This document shows, piece by piece, positions 19,138-28,602 of a DNA stretch of 64,000 nucleotides. The position numbers were made by a program, and so were the translations under genes. The notes under the pieces were generated by a model. It saw only the letters and a program-made list of their open reading frames with translations, was not told the DNA's origin and did no database searches. The stretch's first letter is position 1, and each line of letters begins with the position of its first letter. This DNA is from Thermoplasmata archaeon (lineage in GTDB: Archaea > Thermoplasmatota > Thermoplasmata > RBG-16-68-12). The DNA is taken from positions 193,518-257,517 of the forward strand of contig DASPYU010000016.1 in the NCBI GenBank assembly GCA_035636595.1, in the 5' to 3' direction.

Positions 19138-19665
19138 ATGGCGATCTTCGGATTGAGCCTGTATACGTGGGTCATGATCGCGTTCCTCCTATTGCTCGTG
19201 CTCACGCTGATCCTCGGCGACATTGGAGGGCTGGACTTCGATCACGACATCGGCCTCGATGTCGACACGGGACTGAGCCCGCTGAGCCTGCCGATCATCG
19301 CGTCGTTCGGGACGGCGTTCGGGGGCTTCGGGACGATCCTCGAGGTGCTGGGCTTCGGAGAGCTACTCACGCCCCTCCTCGCGGCGGTCTTCGCAATCCT
19401 CGTCGCGGGCGGGATGTACGTCGTCATGCTGAACCTGTTTGTGAAGAGCCAGGCGGAGACGCGCGTGGACCTGGCCGCTCTGGTCGGCTACAAGGGCCAG
19501 GTCATGATCCCCGTGCGGCCCGGGCAGCCGGGGCAGATCGTCGTCGTGACGCCGGCGCGAGGGCGCACTTTGCTTCAGGCGATCGCCGAGGAGCCGATCG
19601 GCACGGATGAGCACGTCGTCGTCGATTCAATCGTAGGGAATTCGGTCAAAGTGCACAAGGTCTAG
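19138..19665 (+). CDS. NfeD-like membrane protein (flotillin partner)
   Basis: Three TM segments plus a C-terminal OB-like LVGYKGQVMIPV...GQIVV; directly upstream of flotillin. Confidence 0.8.
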   Translation: MAIFGLSLYTWVMIAFLLLLVLTLILGDIGGLDFDHDIGLDVDTGLSPLSLPIIASFGTAFGGFGTILEVLGFGELLTPLLAAVFAILVAGGMYVVMLNLFVKSQAETRVDLAALVGYKGQVMIPVRPGQPGQIVVVTPARGRTLLQAIAEEPIGTDEHVVVDSIVGNSVKVHKV

Positions 19666-19676
19666 GAGGGAGAGCG

Positions 19677-21152
19677 ATGGCGGGAGAGGACATTATTGGA
19701 TTCGTCGTTCTGGCGATTGTGGGCGTCGTGTTCGGGACCGTCCTCGCGTATGCGAGCCGGTACAAGAAAGTCCCACCGAACATGGCGATGGTCATCTACG
19801 GACGGAAGCAGGGGGCGTCGGGAGGCCGCGGATACCAGGTCAAGTCCGGCGGCGCGAAGTTCATCGTCCCGATCTTCGAGTCGGTCGAGTGGCTCCGGCT
19901 CGACGTGCGGACGCTGGACCTCGTCGTCACGGACATCGTGACGGACGTCAAGCGATCCGGGGCCAAGATCAACATCAAGGCGGTGGCCCAGGTCAAGATC
20001 TCGTCCGACGAGGCGACCCTCGACACGGCAGCGGAGAACCTCCTCGGGAAGACGGAGCAGCAGATCGACGAGATCGCGCTGAAGACCCTCGAGGGCCACG
20101 TCCGTGGCGTGTGCGCCACCCTGACGGTCGAGGAGGTCAACTCGGACCGCGACGCGATCGCGTCGAAGATCCTCGGGATGGCGGGGAACGACCTCCGGAA
20201 CATGGGGATCGAGATCCGGTCGTTCGTGATCAAGGAGATCGAGGACGCGATGGGCTACCTGGACGCCCTCGGAGTCAAGCGGACGGAGGAGGTCAAGCGG
20301 GACGCGCGGATGGGCAAGGCGGGCGCGAACCGAGAGGCGACCATCGCGGAAGCCCAAGCGGCGCAAGAAGCGGAACGGGCGAACGCGAGCGCGGAAGCGA
20401 ACGTCGCCCAGTTCCACCGGGACCGAGACATCATCAAGCAACAGTCCGAGGCGACCGTCGAGTTCGAGCGCGCCAACAAAGAAATCGCGTTCCAGCTCCA
20501 GACGGCGAAGCGGCAACAGGAGCTGATCGTCGAGCAGCGGAAGATCGATATCCGGGCGAAGGAACAAGAGGTCCTCGTCCAGGAACAGGAGGTCCGCAGG
20601 CGGGAGCAGGAGCAGATGGCGGCCCAGGTCGTGCCATCGAGGATGCAGGCGGATGCGATGGCAGCCCTCGCGGACGGGGAGAAGCGGAAGCTCATCCTGA
20701 CCGCGGAAGGGGAGAAGGAACGGGCGATCCTCGTATCCGAAGGCGAGCGCGAACGGCTCTCGCGGACCGCCGCGGGGGAGGCGGAGCGGATCCGCCAGGA
20801 GGGCACCGCGGAGGCGGACATCATCCGGCTTAAGGGCGAAGCCGAGGCCTACGCGATCAAGGCGACCGGCCTCGCGACCGCCGAGGCCATGCGCGCGAAG
20901 GCGGAGGCCTGGGAGCAGTACGGCCGCGCGGCGATCACGCAGCTCATCGTCGAGAAGCTTCCGGAGATCGTGGCGAACGCCGCGAAGTCGCTCGAGACGA
21001 CCCAGAAGCTGATCATCATGGGCGAACGCGGACCCGCCCAGCTCGTCGGGAGCGTCGTGGACATCGCCGCGACGGCCCCGGCCCTGGTGAAAGCCCTGAC
21101 CGGAATGGACCTCTCCGAGCTCGCGGGGAAGCTCAAGGACATCTCGAAGTGA
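19677..21152 (+). CDS. Flotillin/SPFH domain protein
   Basis: N-terminal TM, SPFH domain (VAQVKI, TLEGHVRG, LTVEEVNSDR), AEA-rich coiled coil, LPEIV. Confidence 0.93.
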   Translation: MAGEDIIGFVVLAIVGVVFGTVLAYASRYKKVPPNMAMVIYGRKQGASGGRGYQVKSGGAKFIVPIFESVEWLRLDVRTLDLVVTDIVTDVKRSGAKINIKAVAQVKISSDEATLDTAAENLLGKTEQQIDEIALKTLEGHVRGVCATLTVEEVNSDRDAIASKILGMAGNDLRNMGIEIRSFVIKEIEDAMGYLDALGVKRTEEVKRDARMGKAGANREATIAEAQAAQEAERANASAEANVAQFHRDRDIIKQQSEATVEFERANKEIAFQLQTAKRQQELIVEQRKIDIRAKEQEVLVQEQEVRRREQEQMAAQVVPSRMQADAMAALADGEKRKLILTAEGEKERAILVSEGERERLSRTAAGEAERIRQEGTAEADIIRLKGEAEAYAIKATGLATAEAMRAKAEAWEQYGRAAITQLIVEKLPEIVANAAKSLETTQKLIIMGERGPAQLVGSVVDIAATAPALVKALTGMDLSELAGKLKDISK

Positions 21153-21159
21153 GGGCGTG

Positions 21160-21321
21160 GTGAGCCCGCAGGCCGAGTGGTCGATCGGGAAGGATCCCGA
21201 CATCCTAATCGATATTTGGTCGACCTCGGCCTTGATCGAAGCGGTCCTCGAGGCCCTCCTCGAGGAACCGGAGAAGCTCGAGCTCGCGCTCCGAGCGCTG
21301 CGCCCCGCCAATCCGGCGTGA
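21160..21321 (+). CDS. Small hypothetical protein (53 aa) at the end of the flotillin operon
   Basis: Not in the ORF track. GTG after GAGGG: MSPQAEWSIGKDPDILIDIWSTSALIEAVLEALLEEPEKLELALRALRPANPA*; fills the gap. Confidence 0.45.
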   Translation: MSPQAEWSIGKDPDILIDIWSTSALIEAVLEALLEEPEKLELALRALRPANPA

Positions 21322-21342
21322 GTCGGAGAACCGGCCTTCGGC

Positions 21343-21579
21343 CTAGAGGTTCATCACGACGACGTCTTTCACGGCCCGCATGCCCTGGAACGGCAAGATG
21401 AGCCGACCCTCGGGGTCCGTCTTCATGCCTTTCGTCGGCACGTTCTCCGCCGGCAGCACGAGGACGTCGGACAGCTTCCCGCTCTTCGTGTTCACAATGA
21501 AGTTCTCGATCGTCCCCAGGATTTGACCGTCGTTCGTCATCACGGTCTTGCCCCGGAGCTCCGTGGCAAACTTCTTCAT
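21343..21579 (-). CDS. PRC-barrel domain protein
   Basis: MKKFATELRGKTVMTNDGQILGTIENFIVNTKSGKL...IPFQGMRAVKDVVV. Confidence 0.88.
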   Translation of the reverse strand: MKKFATELRGKTVMTNDGQILGTIENFIVNTKSGKLSDVLVLPAENVPTKGMKTDPEGRLILPFQGMRAVKDVVVMNL

Positions 21580-21692
21580 CCCATCACCCGCATCGATGAG
21601 GCCCCGCCCCGGCACCGCCGCGACGGGATCCCATCCCTTGTCCGACAGACATCTGACGCGCGCTATAAGAAGATTCCGCCGCGATGGCCCAA

Positions 21693-22349
21693 TTACATGG
21701 AGGGCCGCTCGACCTGAGGCCGCGAGGGCGCCATCGCCCGCACGCTCTTCAGATACGGAATGCCCGCCCCGACGATCCCGAGGACGACGGAAGCCAGGAG
21801 GAGCCACCATCCCGCGCCCGCTCCCCATGACAGTTGCGTCGGGCCGGTGTTCGTGCTCCCCCAGAAGCCGCTGACCGTAAACGTGCCGAGGTCGGTCGTG
21901 GCGGCTCCGGGGATCGCGACGACCGGATAGAAAATCGCGAGCAGGCCCACGCCGACGACGAGCAGGCTGATCACGAGGAGCCCCAGCGTCGGCATGTTGC
22001 GTCCGATGGAGAAGGAGAACAGCGCGAACACGACGACGGCGAGGAGGATGAAGAGCGCGTCCAGGATGTAGGAGATGCCGAGGACACCGGCGACTGCGTC
22101 GAAACCACTCGAGGCGTACGGCACGATCGTGGTCCGTGTCCACGCGCCGCCCTGGTAGCGGTCCGAGGCCATCGTGGTCCACGAGAACGAGGTGACGTCC
22201 CGGACGTTGCCCGTGGCGTCACCGAGGGACCAGAAGGGCAGCGCGAGGGCGAGGAGAGCGAGGAGGACCGAAAAGCCGAGGGCAAGCCGCGAAGGGCCGA
22301 GACGCCACGCGCGGTCGACCCAGGTCCGCAATTCCGCAATCGGGTGCAT
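21693..22349 (-). CDS. Hypothetical four-TM membrane protein
   Basis: Hydrophobic helices, LPFW motif and C-terminal WGAGAGWWLL. Confidence 0.7.
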   Translation of the reverse strand: MHPIAELRTWVDRAWRLGPSRLALGFSVLLALLALALPFWSLGDATGNVRDVTSFSWTTMASDRYQGGAWTRTTIVPYASSGFDAVAGVLGISYILDALFILLAVVVFALFSFSIGRNMPTLGLLVISLLVVGVGLLAIFYPVVAIPGAATTDLGTFTVSGFWGSTNTGPTQLSWGAGAGWWLLLASVVLGIVGAGIPYLKSVRAMAPSRPQVERPSM

Positions 22350-22404
22350 CGACCCCGCAAGATGAGGGGTGGATAAAAAGAGTCCGTCCTGATTTCGCGC
22401 CCGC

Positions 22405-24618
22405 TCAGCGGTACAGGACGCTCTCTTCGCGCTTCCGTTCGACGCCCTTCTTGAAGCGCTTGTCGAATTCCTCGTAGAACTTGATCGTGTCCGCGTCGAT
22501 GCTCGGACGGACGACCTTGATCGCCTCTTGGAAATGCGTCGTCGTCACGCGCTTCGCGTGCTTGCTCTCGCGGAGGGCGATCATCGCCGCCTCGCGGCAC
22601 AGCCCTTCGATGTCCGCGCCGGAGTAGCCGTCGAGATCGACCGCGAGCTCTTCCAGGTCGACGCCGTCGAGGGGCATCGTCCTCGTGTGGACCTTGAGAA
22701 TCGCGAGCCGCGCGTCCCTGTTCGGCGTGGGCACGAGCAGGATCCGGTCGAACCGGCCGGTGCGCAACATCGCGGGGTCGAGCCGGTCCGGCCGGTTCGT
22801 CGCGCCGATCACGACGACGCCTTCGAGGGACTCGAGTCCGTCCATCGACGTGAGCAGTTGGTTTACGACCCGCTCGCTCACGCCGCTGTCCGTGTCGAAC
22901 CCTCGGACGTGGGCGATCGCATCGAGCTCGTCGAGGAAGACGATGCACGGGGCGACCTGTTTCGCCTTCTTGAAGATCATCCGCACGGCCTTCTCCGACT
23001 CCCCGACCCATTTCGACATGACCTCGGGGCCCTTGATCGAGATGAAGTTCGCCTCGGACTCCGTCGCGACCGCCTTCGCGAGGAGCGTCTTGCCGCTTCC
23101 GGGCGGGCCGTACAACAGGATGCCGCGCGGCGGCCGGATGCCCATCCGTTTGAACGCATCCGGATCCTTCAAGGGCATCTCGACGGCCTCGCGCAGTTTC
23201 ATCTTGACGTCCTCGAGGCCACCGACGTCGGACCAGTTCACGCGGGGAACCTCGACGAGGACCTCGCGCATCGCGCTCGGCTCGACCTCTTTCAACGCCT
23301 GTTTGAAGTCGTCCGATAGGACGCGCATCTTCTCGAGCGTCTCGGCGGGGATCGGCTTGTCCAGATCGATATCCGGGAGGTACCGGCGGAGGGCCTTCAT
23401 CGCCGCCTCGCGTGCGAGCGCCGCCAGGTCGGCACCGACGAATCCGTGGCAGACGTCCGCGAGTTCGGAGAGGAGGTGATCGCGTTCGTCCTCGCCGCCC
23501 TCGATGGGCATGCCGCGCGTGTGAATCTGGAGGACCTCCTTGCGCCCCATGCGGTCCGGCACGCCGATTTCGATCTCGCGGTCGAACCGGCCGGGGCGAC
23601 GGAGCGCGGGGTCGATCGCCTCATCGCGGTTCGTCGCGCCGATGACGATGACCTGGCCGCGGCCCGAGAGGCCGTCCATCAGCGTCAGGAGTTGAGCGAC
23701 CACGCGCCGCTCGACTTCGCCCGTGACCTCCTCGCGCTTCGGGGCGATCGAGTCGAGTTCGTCGATGAACAGGACGCTCGGCGCGTTCTTCTGCGCCTCC
23801 TCGAACTTCTCCCGGAGACGCTCTTCACTTTGACCGTAGTACTTCGACATGATCTCCGGGCCCTGGATTGAATAGAAGTTCGCGCCCGCCTCGTTCGCGA
23901 CGGCCTTCGCGATCAGCGTCTTGCCGGTCCCCGGCGGTCCGTACAGCAGGACCCCTTTCGGCGGATCGATCCCGAGGCGCTCGAACAATTCCGCGTGCTT
24001 GAGCGGGAGCTCGATCATCTCGCGGACCTTCATCAGCTCCTCCTTCAGGCCGCCGATGTCCTCGTACGTCACCGTGGGCGTGAGGACCTCGCCCTCGCGG
24101 ACGGGCTCTTCTTTCATCTCGATGATCGTGTCGTCCTGAATCTGCACGATCCCCTTGGGAGCGGTACTGATGACCATGAACGGCAGGGCGCCACCCATGA
24201 GCGCGATGCCCGGCACGATGACCACGTCGCCCTTGTTGAGCGGTCGCTTGAGCAGCCCGCGTTTCACGAAGTTCTCGATTCCCTGACCGAACGAGATCTT
24301 GTGGCCTTCGCTGATGATCGGCGCAATCGTGATGCGCTCCGCGGGCAGGACCTCGGCCTTGCGAACTTCGACCTTGTCACCGAGGCTCACGCCGACGTTC
24401 CGGCGGACCAGACCGTCGATGCGGATGATGCTCTTGCCTTCGTCCTCCTGCATTACGCGGAACAACTTCGCCGCGGTGGACTTCTTGCCGATGATCTGGA
24501 TGATCTCGCCGACGTCGACGCCGAGCGCCACGCGGGTCTTCGTGTCCACTCGCGCACGTCCCAGACCCACGTCCGACTGGGGAGCTTCAGCGACCTTGAG
24601 CACGAGGCGCTCGGTCAC
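22405..24618 (-). CDS. cdc48: CDC48/VAT AAA+ ATPase
   Basis: N domain plus two AAA modules ([27 protein letters not shown]). Confidence 0.97.
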   Translation of the reverse strand: MTERLVLKVAEAPQSDVGLGRARVDTKTRVALGVDVGEIIQIIGKKSTAAKLFRVMQEDEGKSIIRIDGLVRRNVGVSLGDKVEVRKAEVLPAERITIAPIISEGHKISFGQGIENFVKRGLLKRPLNKGDVVIVPGIALMGGALPFMVISTAPKGIVQIQDDTIIEMKEEPVREGEVLTPTVTYEDIGGLKEELMKVREMIELPLKHAELFERLGIDPPKGVLLYGPPGTGKTLIAKAVANEAGANFYSIQGPEIMSKYYGQSEERLREKFEEAQKNAPSVLFIDELDSIAPKREEVTGEVERRVVAQLLTLMDGLSGRGQVIVIGATNRDEAIDPALRRPGRFDREIEIGVPDRMGRKEVLQIHTRGMPIEGGEDERDHLLSELADVCHGFVGADLAALAREAAMKALRRYLPDIDLDKPIPAETLEKMRVLSDDFKQALKEVEPSAMREVLVEVPRVNWSDVGGLEDVKMKLREAVEMPLKDPDAFKRMGIRPPRGILLYGPPGSGKTLLAKAVATESEANFISIKGPEVMSKWVGESEKAVRMIFKKAKQVAPCIVFLDELDAIAHVRGFDTDSGVSERVVNQLLTSMDGLESLEGVVVIGATNRPDRLDPAMLRTGRFDRILLVPTPNRDARLAILKVHTRTMPLDGVDLEELAVDLDGYSGADIEGLCREAAMIALRESKHAKRVTTTHFQEAIKVVRPSIDADTIKFYEEFDKRFKKGVERKREESVLYR

Positions 24619-24700
24619 ATCGCTTCGAACTCGCCCTTGTTATTTCAAGGTTGCCATCCGATAATCGAACCTCGGATTTCGGGACCGGGCAACGCCCGAA

Positions 24701-25618
24701 TCACGATGGCGTGCGTCGCTCGCGGACCTCGCTCGACTGATGCACGACGAGGTCCTTCGCCTCGACGACGTCGATGCGGCAGTGTGGGCCGATCCGGACT
24801 TCGTCGCCCTTCACGAGAGCCGCGGTCGTCGCCTCGAGTTCGATCTCCTCGCCCTCGATTCGCTCCGACGTCAGCTCGCCCCGCACGCGGAAGAACCCGC
24901 CGGTCGCCTTGACGCGAATCTCCTCGGCCTCGATCGTGGGGATCTTCGAGGTGCCGCCGAGATCGATGCTGACCTCCTCCGCCTTCAGGCCGCCGTCGAT
25001 CCGCACGGATCCGCTCGAGTGGAACTCCTCGACCTCGACCTTGCCGCGGACCTGCAGCGAACCGCTCGACGAGATCTCGTCGCCGAGGATATCCCCCTCG
25101 ACCTGGAGGGAACCGCTTGCCTCGATCTCATCCGCCTTGAGGCGGCCCGCGATTCGCGACGAGCCCGCGGATCGGAACTCGGACACGGTCACATCGCCTT
25201 CGAACGAGCACGAGCCTGCGACCCGTGCGACTTCCGCCTCGAGGGACCCCTGGACCTTCCCGCTGCCCGCAGCCTTGAAGTCGACCGTGCGGACCGGGTT
25301 GCCGGTCACGATCCCCGAGCCCGTGATCCGAATCTCCTCATCGCTCAGCTTGGCGCCGATGCCGGAAAACTCAACGGCGCGCATGGCCTCTCCGACGGCG
25401 CGGACGGCTTCCTCCGCGGCGTGGCCGGCGTCCTGTGTGGCCTGCGCCACCGCGGCGCCGATTGTCGAGCCGAGATCCGACATCGTCGGCGGCGGGGATT
25501 CCTCCGGTTCGTCGGGCTCCGACTCGTACCGGGCCTTGATCTCGAGATACGTCTTCTCGGAGATCTCACCGCGAGCCAGACGCTCCTCGAGCCGTCGCAG
25601 GATGTCCTTCCGCTTCAT
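24701..25618 (-). CDS. Bactofilin-like beta-helical protein with N-terminal SHOCT-like motif
   Basis: LEERLARGEISEKTYLE, then repeated SGS.xV.G.(V/L).A.E units of about 17 aa. Start re-set to ATG 25618. Confidence 0.7.
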   Translation of the reverse strand: MKRKDILRRLEERLARGEISEKTYLEIKARYESEPDEPEESPPPTMSDLGSTIGAAVAQATQDAGHAAEEAVRAVGEAMRAVEFSGIGAKLSDEEIRITGSGIVTGNPVRTVDFKAAGSGKVQGSLEAEVARVAGSCSFEGDVTVSEFRSAGSSRIAGRLKADEIEASGSLQVEGDILGDEISSSGSLQVRGKVEVEEFHSSGSVRIDGGLKAEEVSIDLGGTSKIPTIEAEEIRVKATGGFFRVRGELTSERIEGEEIELEATTAALVKGDEVRIGPHCRIDVVEAKDLVVHQSSEVRERRTPS

Positions 25619-25950
25619 CGGCTCCACCAGAGAGTGTGGCTCGTCGCGAAATACGTTTGCGTTCCGACGGGCGAATCGAATCGGCTCTCGGCAATCGGGC
25701 CGAGCGATCCGGGCCGCACCGGCGGCTTCGTTCCGGGGCTGTGCATCGAGAGGCGTGCAAGCGAGTCGGTCCAACCCGCTTCCTTCGTGCCGAACATGCT
25801 GAGTTCATCGGCCGCGCGTTATTTATACAAACTTCGCGAATAAAAATGTTAACATCCGCCGCGGTCTCGACATCTTCTCCCTGGGAGGAGATGACGTCGG
25901 AGCCGGAGCGGAAGAACGTTGAAGTAGCCTGAAAGGACTCGCCCGCGGGG

Positions 25951-26364
25951 ATGGCGGAGCTCCTGGAGCTCATCCGGATTGCGGCCTCCGAGACGCGCCG
26001 CCAGATCCTGCGGTTGCTCCAGCAAGGGTTCGACCATCCGGAAGACCTCGCGAAGAAACTGAAGATGCGCCGTACGTCGGTTGACAAGCAACTCGCGGAG
26101 CTGTTCTCGTGGGGACTCGTCGACCGCGCGGCGGTGTTCCCGCCTGCCGGGCGTCCTCGCATCGTGTATCAAGTGACGCAGCGTGGGCGGGACCTCCTCG
26201 ACCTGCTTGAGCGGGTCGTGAAGGAATACACGGCCGGGTTCCGGACGGACTTTGAGCGGGAACTCGAGGCACTCGAGGCGAAGCTCGCGGCGGGAGAAAT
26301 CGCGGAAGAGATGTACTTCAAGCGCAGGAAGGAGCTCGAAGTACGGTACGACCTAGCGCTCTGA
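25951..26364 (+). CDS. ArsR-like winged-HTH regulator with C-terminal SHOCT-like motif
   Basis: SETRRQILRLL...LAKKL...VDKQL..L...GLV...GRPRIVYQVT, then KLAAGEIAEEMYFKRRKEL. Confidence 0.8.
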   Translation: MAELLELIRIAASETRRQILRLLQQGFDHPEDLAKKLKMRRTSVDKQLAELFSWGLVDRAAVFPPAGRPRIVYQVTQRGRDLLDLLERVVKEYTAGFRTDFERELEALEAKLAAGEIAEEMYFKRRKELEVRYDLAL

Positions 26365-27111
26365 GCCGCGTTCCTTTCGACGCGCACGGGCGATCGCCTC
26401 GTCGAGGGACAACTCGCCGCGGGCGACCGCGTCGGCGAGTTCCGAGGAGATCGTCACGACGCCGCCGCTGTCGAGGCGCGATCGCCGTTGGATCTCTCGG
26501 ACCTCCCCCGGGGTGGGTCGGATTTCCACCGGAGGCACGACGCGCTGACCCGGCGTCCGTGCGATGTCGATCGCCGCATCGACGTCCGGTTGCGGGCTCC
26601 GATGCGTCGTGCCCGCCTCGTCGACGATCTCCACGCGGAGCCCGTCCCGCGCGAGCGCGTTCAGAATCCGGTTCCGGTTCGTCGGGTCGCCGTGACCCAC
26701 GCGCACCCGGACGTCCTTCGCAGGGAAGGTCCGCACCGCCTGGTGGATGTGGAACGCGACCGCTTCGGGGCTCGCGGCCACTCGCGTATCGATCACCTCC
26801 CCGTCACCGACGATCGCGATCCCCGGCTCCCGACCCGGGTCCACGCCGATTCGCAGCTCCCGCCACTCCGTCTTGCCCTTGAGCAGTTGGAGCGCCTTCG
26901 CGACGGACGCATCGATGTCGTCCACCGGGACGACGTGGGGGAAACGGACCTTCGGGGCTTCCGCGATCGACGTCAGAATCGCCCCGACGGACTCCGGGAT
27001 CCGTCGCGCGAAGGACAGGCTCGCGAACGGGACGTCGCGCGCCTTGAGGGCGGCCACGAGATCGTGGTACAGCCGGAAGTCTTCCGTCAGGATCCCGAGG
27101 ACTCTTCGCAT
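26353..27111 (-). CDS. Hypothetical protein with RNase H-like (YqgF/RuvX-type) domain
   Basis: LRIGVDPG..PGIAIV, IVDEAGTT, DVDAAIDIA. Confidence 0.7.
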   Translation of the reverse strand: MRRVLGILTEDFRLYHDLVAALKARDVPFASLSFARRIPESVGAILTSIAEAPKVRFPHVVPVDDIDASVAKALQLLKGKTEWRELRIGVDPGREPGIAIVGDGEVIDTRVAASPEAVAFHIHQAVRTFPAKDVRVRVGHGDPTNRNRILNALARDGLRVEIVDEAGTTHRSPQPDVDAAIDIARTPGQRVVPPVEIRPTPGEVREIQRRSRLDSGGVVTISSELADAVARGELSLDEAIARARRKERGSER

Positions 27112-27228
27112 TCTGGGGTCGCGGAACCCGGCGCGGACGGATAATTCTTCCTCGGACGGTGCGTTTTCAGAAATGATTCACACATCTGATTTTCGAGTCG
27201 GAAGCGTGACATATCCAGCTTCCGCATC

Positions 27229-27399
27229 GTGTCAAGGGAGGAGATACATATCCTGCAGGATCAAGTCGCGCCGGAACTCGATGCGAAGGGCTTGCTACTC
27301 CGTGATGCACTGGCGATTCTCACCGTGGTCGGCGCCCTGGTCGCGTTCTACGGCATGATTAAACTCGTCTCGTTCCTGGCGGGAAGTCCTTCTCCCTAA
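27229..27399 (+). CDS. Small single-TM protein (about 56 aa)
   Basis: Not in the ORF track. ...[48 protein letters not shown]; stop overlaps the dnaJ stop; start is uncertain. Confidence 0.45.
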   Translation: MSREEIHILQDQVAPELDAKGLLLRDALAILTVVGALVAFYGMIKLVSFLAGSPSP

Positions 27400-28574
27400 G
27401 GCGCCCGGAACCGGTCGAACACGCCCCGATGGTTTCCGTCGCCCTCGCGTGACGGTCGAAGTTGTTCCAGCAGCCGCCGCTCCTCCGCCGTGAGTCGCGT
27501 CGGCGTGACGACGATCACCCGCACGAGTTCGTCCCCTTTTCCGCCGCCCTGGAACCGGGGCAGCCCCTTCCCGCGAAGGCGGAGCACGGTGTGGCTCTGG
27601 ACCCCCGCCGGGATGCGGAGCCGCGTCGTCCCGTCGAGGGTCGGCACCTCGACTTCCGCGCCCAGCGCCGCCTGGGCGAAGCTGATCGGAACGTCGAGGA
27701 GGAGGTCGTCGCCGTCGCGAGAGAATCGCTCGTGCGGGGCGATGTGGACGAGGACGTACAGGTCGCCGGGGGGTGCGCCGGCATCCCCCGCGAGCCCCCG
27801 CCCAGGGACACGCAGTTGGACGCCGTCCGGCACGCCCGGCGGGATCTCGACCGCGATCGTGCGGTCCTCCGTGATCCGGCCTTGGCCCCCGCAGCGGCGG
27901 CAAGGGGCCTTCGGCCATTGGCCGCGCCCGTTGCACTTCGGACACGTCGTGATCGTGATGAACTGGCTGTATCCGCGGCGCTGGGCGCTGCTCACCTGGC
28001 CCCGGCCGCCGCACGTCGGGCACGTGACGAGTTCCTCGCCCTCCGCCCCCGTACCCCGGCATGCCGGGCAGGTCATCGGATAGTGGACCGTGAGCTCCTT
28101 CCGGCCGCCCTTCGCGACCTCGTCGAGGGCGAGCTCCACCTCGACGCGGGTGTCGCGACCCGGCGCCGGCCCCCGGCGACGGCCGACCGCGGCGCTACCC
28201 CCGAAGAACTGCTCGAACAGGGAGCCGCCGAATCCGCCCGAGGCTCCGAAGATCGATTCGAAGAAGTCCCGGCCGAAAATGTCTTCGACGTCTGAGGCGT
28301 GCGTGAAGCGGGACCAGTCGAACCCTTGGCCGCCCCAGACCCGCTGCTTCAGGCCCTCCGCGCCGAGCTCGTCGTAGATCCGGCGCTTCTCGTCGTCCGC
28401 CAGGACCTCGTAGGCCTCGGAGACTTGCTTGAACTTCTCTTCCGCGGCTTTCGGATTCTCCCGGTTCAGGTCGGGATGGTATTTCTTCGCCATCTTGCGG
28501 TAGGCGCGCTTGATTTCGTCCTTCGACGCCCCTCGCGGGACGCCGAGGACCTCATAGTAGTCGGCGTCGGCCAT
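27396..28574 (-). CDS. dnaJ: Chaperone DnaJ
   Basis: J domain with HPD, G/F region, four CxxCxGxG motifs. Confidence 0.97.
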   Translation of the reverse strand: MADADYYEVLGVPRGASKDEIKRAYRKMAKKYHPDLNRENPKAAEEKFKQVSEAYEVLADDEKRRIYDELGAEGLKQRVWGGQGFDWSRFTHASDVEDIFGRDFFESIFGASGGFGGSLFEQFFGGSAAVGRRRGPAPGRDTRVEVELALDEVAKGGRKELTVHYPMTCPACRGTGAEGEELVTCPTCGGRGQVSSAQRRGYSQFITITTCPKCNGRGQWPKAPCRRCGGQGRITEDRTIAVEIPPGVPDGVQLRVPGRGLAGDAGAPPGDLYVLVHIAPHERFSRDGDDLLLDVPISFAQAALGAEVEVPTLDGTTRLRIPAGVQSHTVLRLRGKGLPRFQGGGKGDELVRVIVVTPTRLTAEERRLLEQLRPSREGDGNHRGVFDRFRAP

Positions 28575-28602
28575 AGCGCGCGCTTCCGCTCATGAAGACC
28601 GC

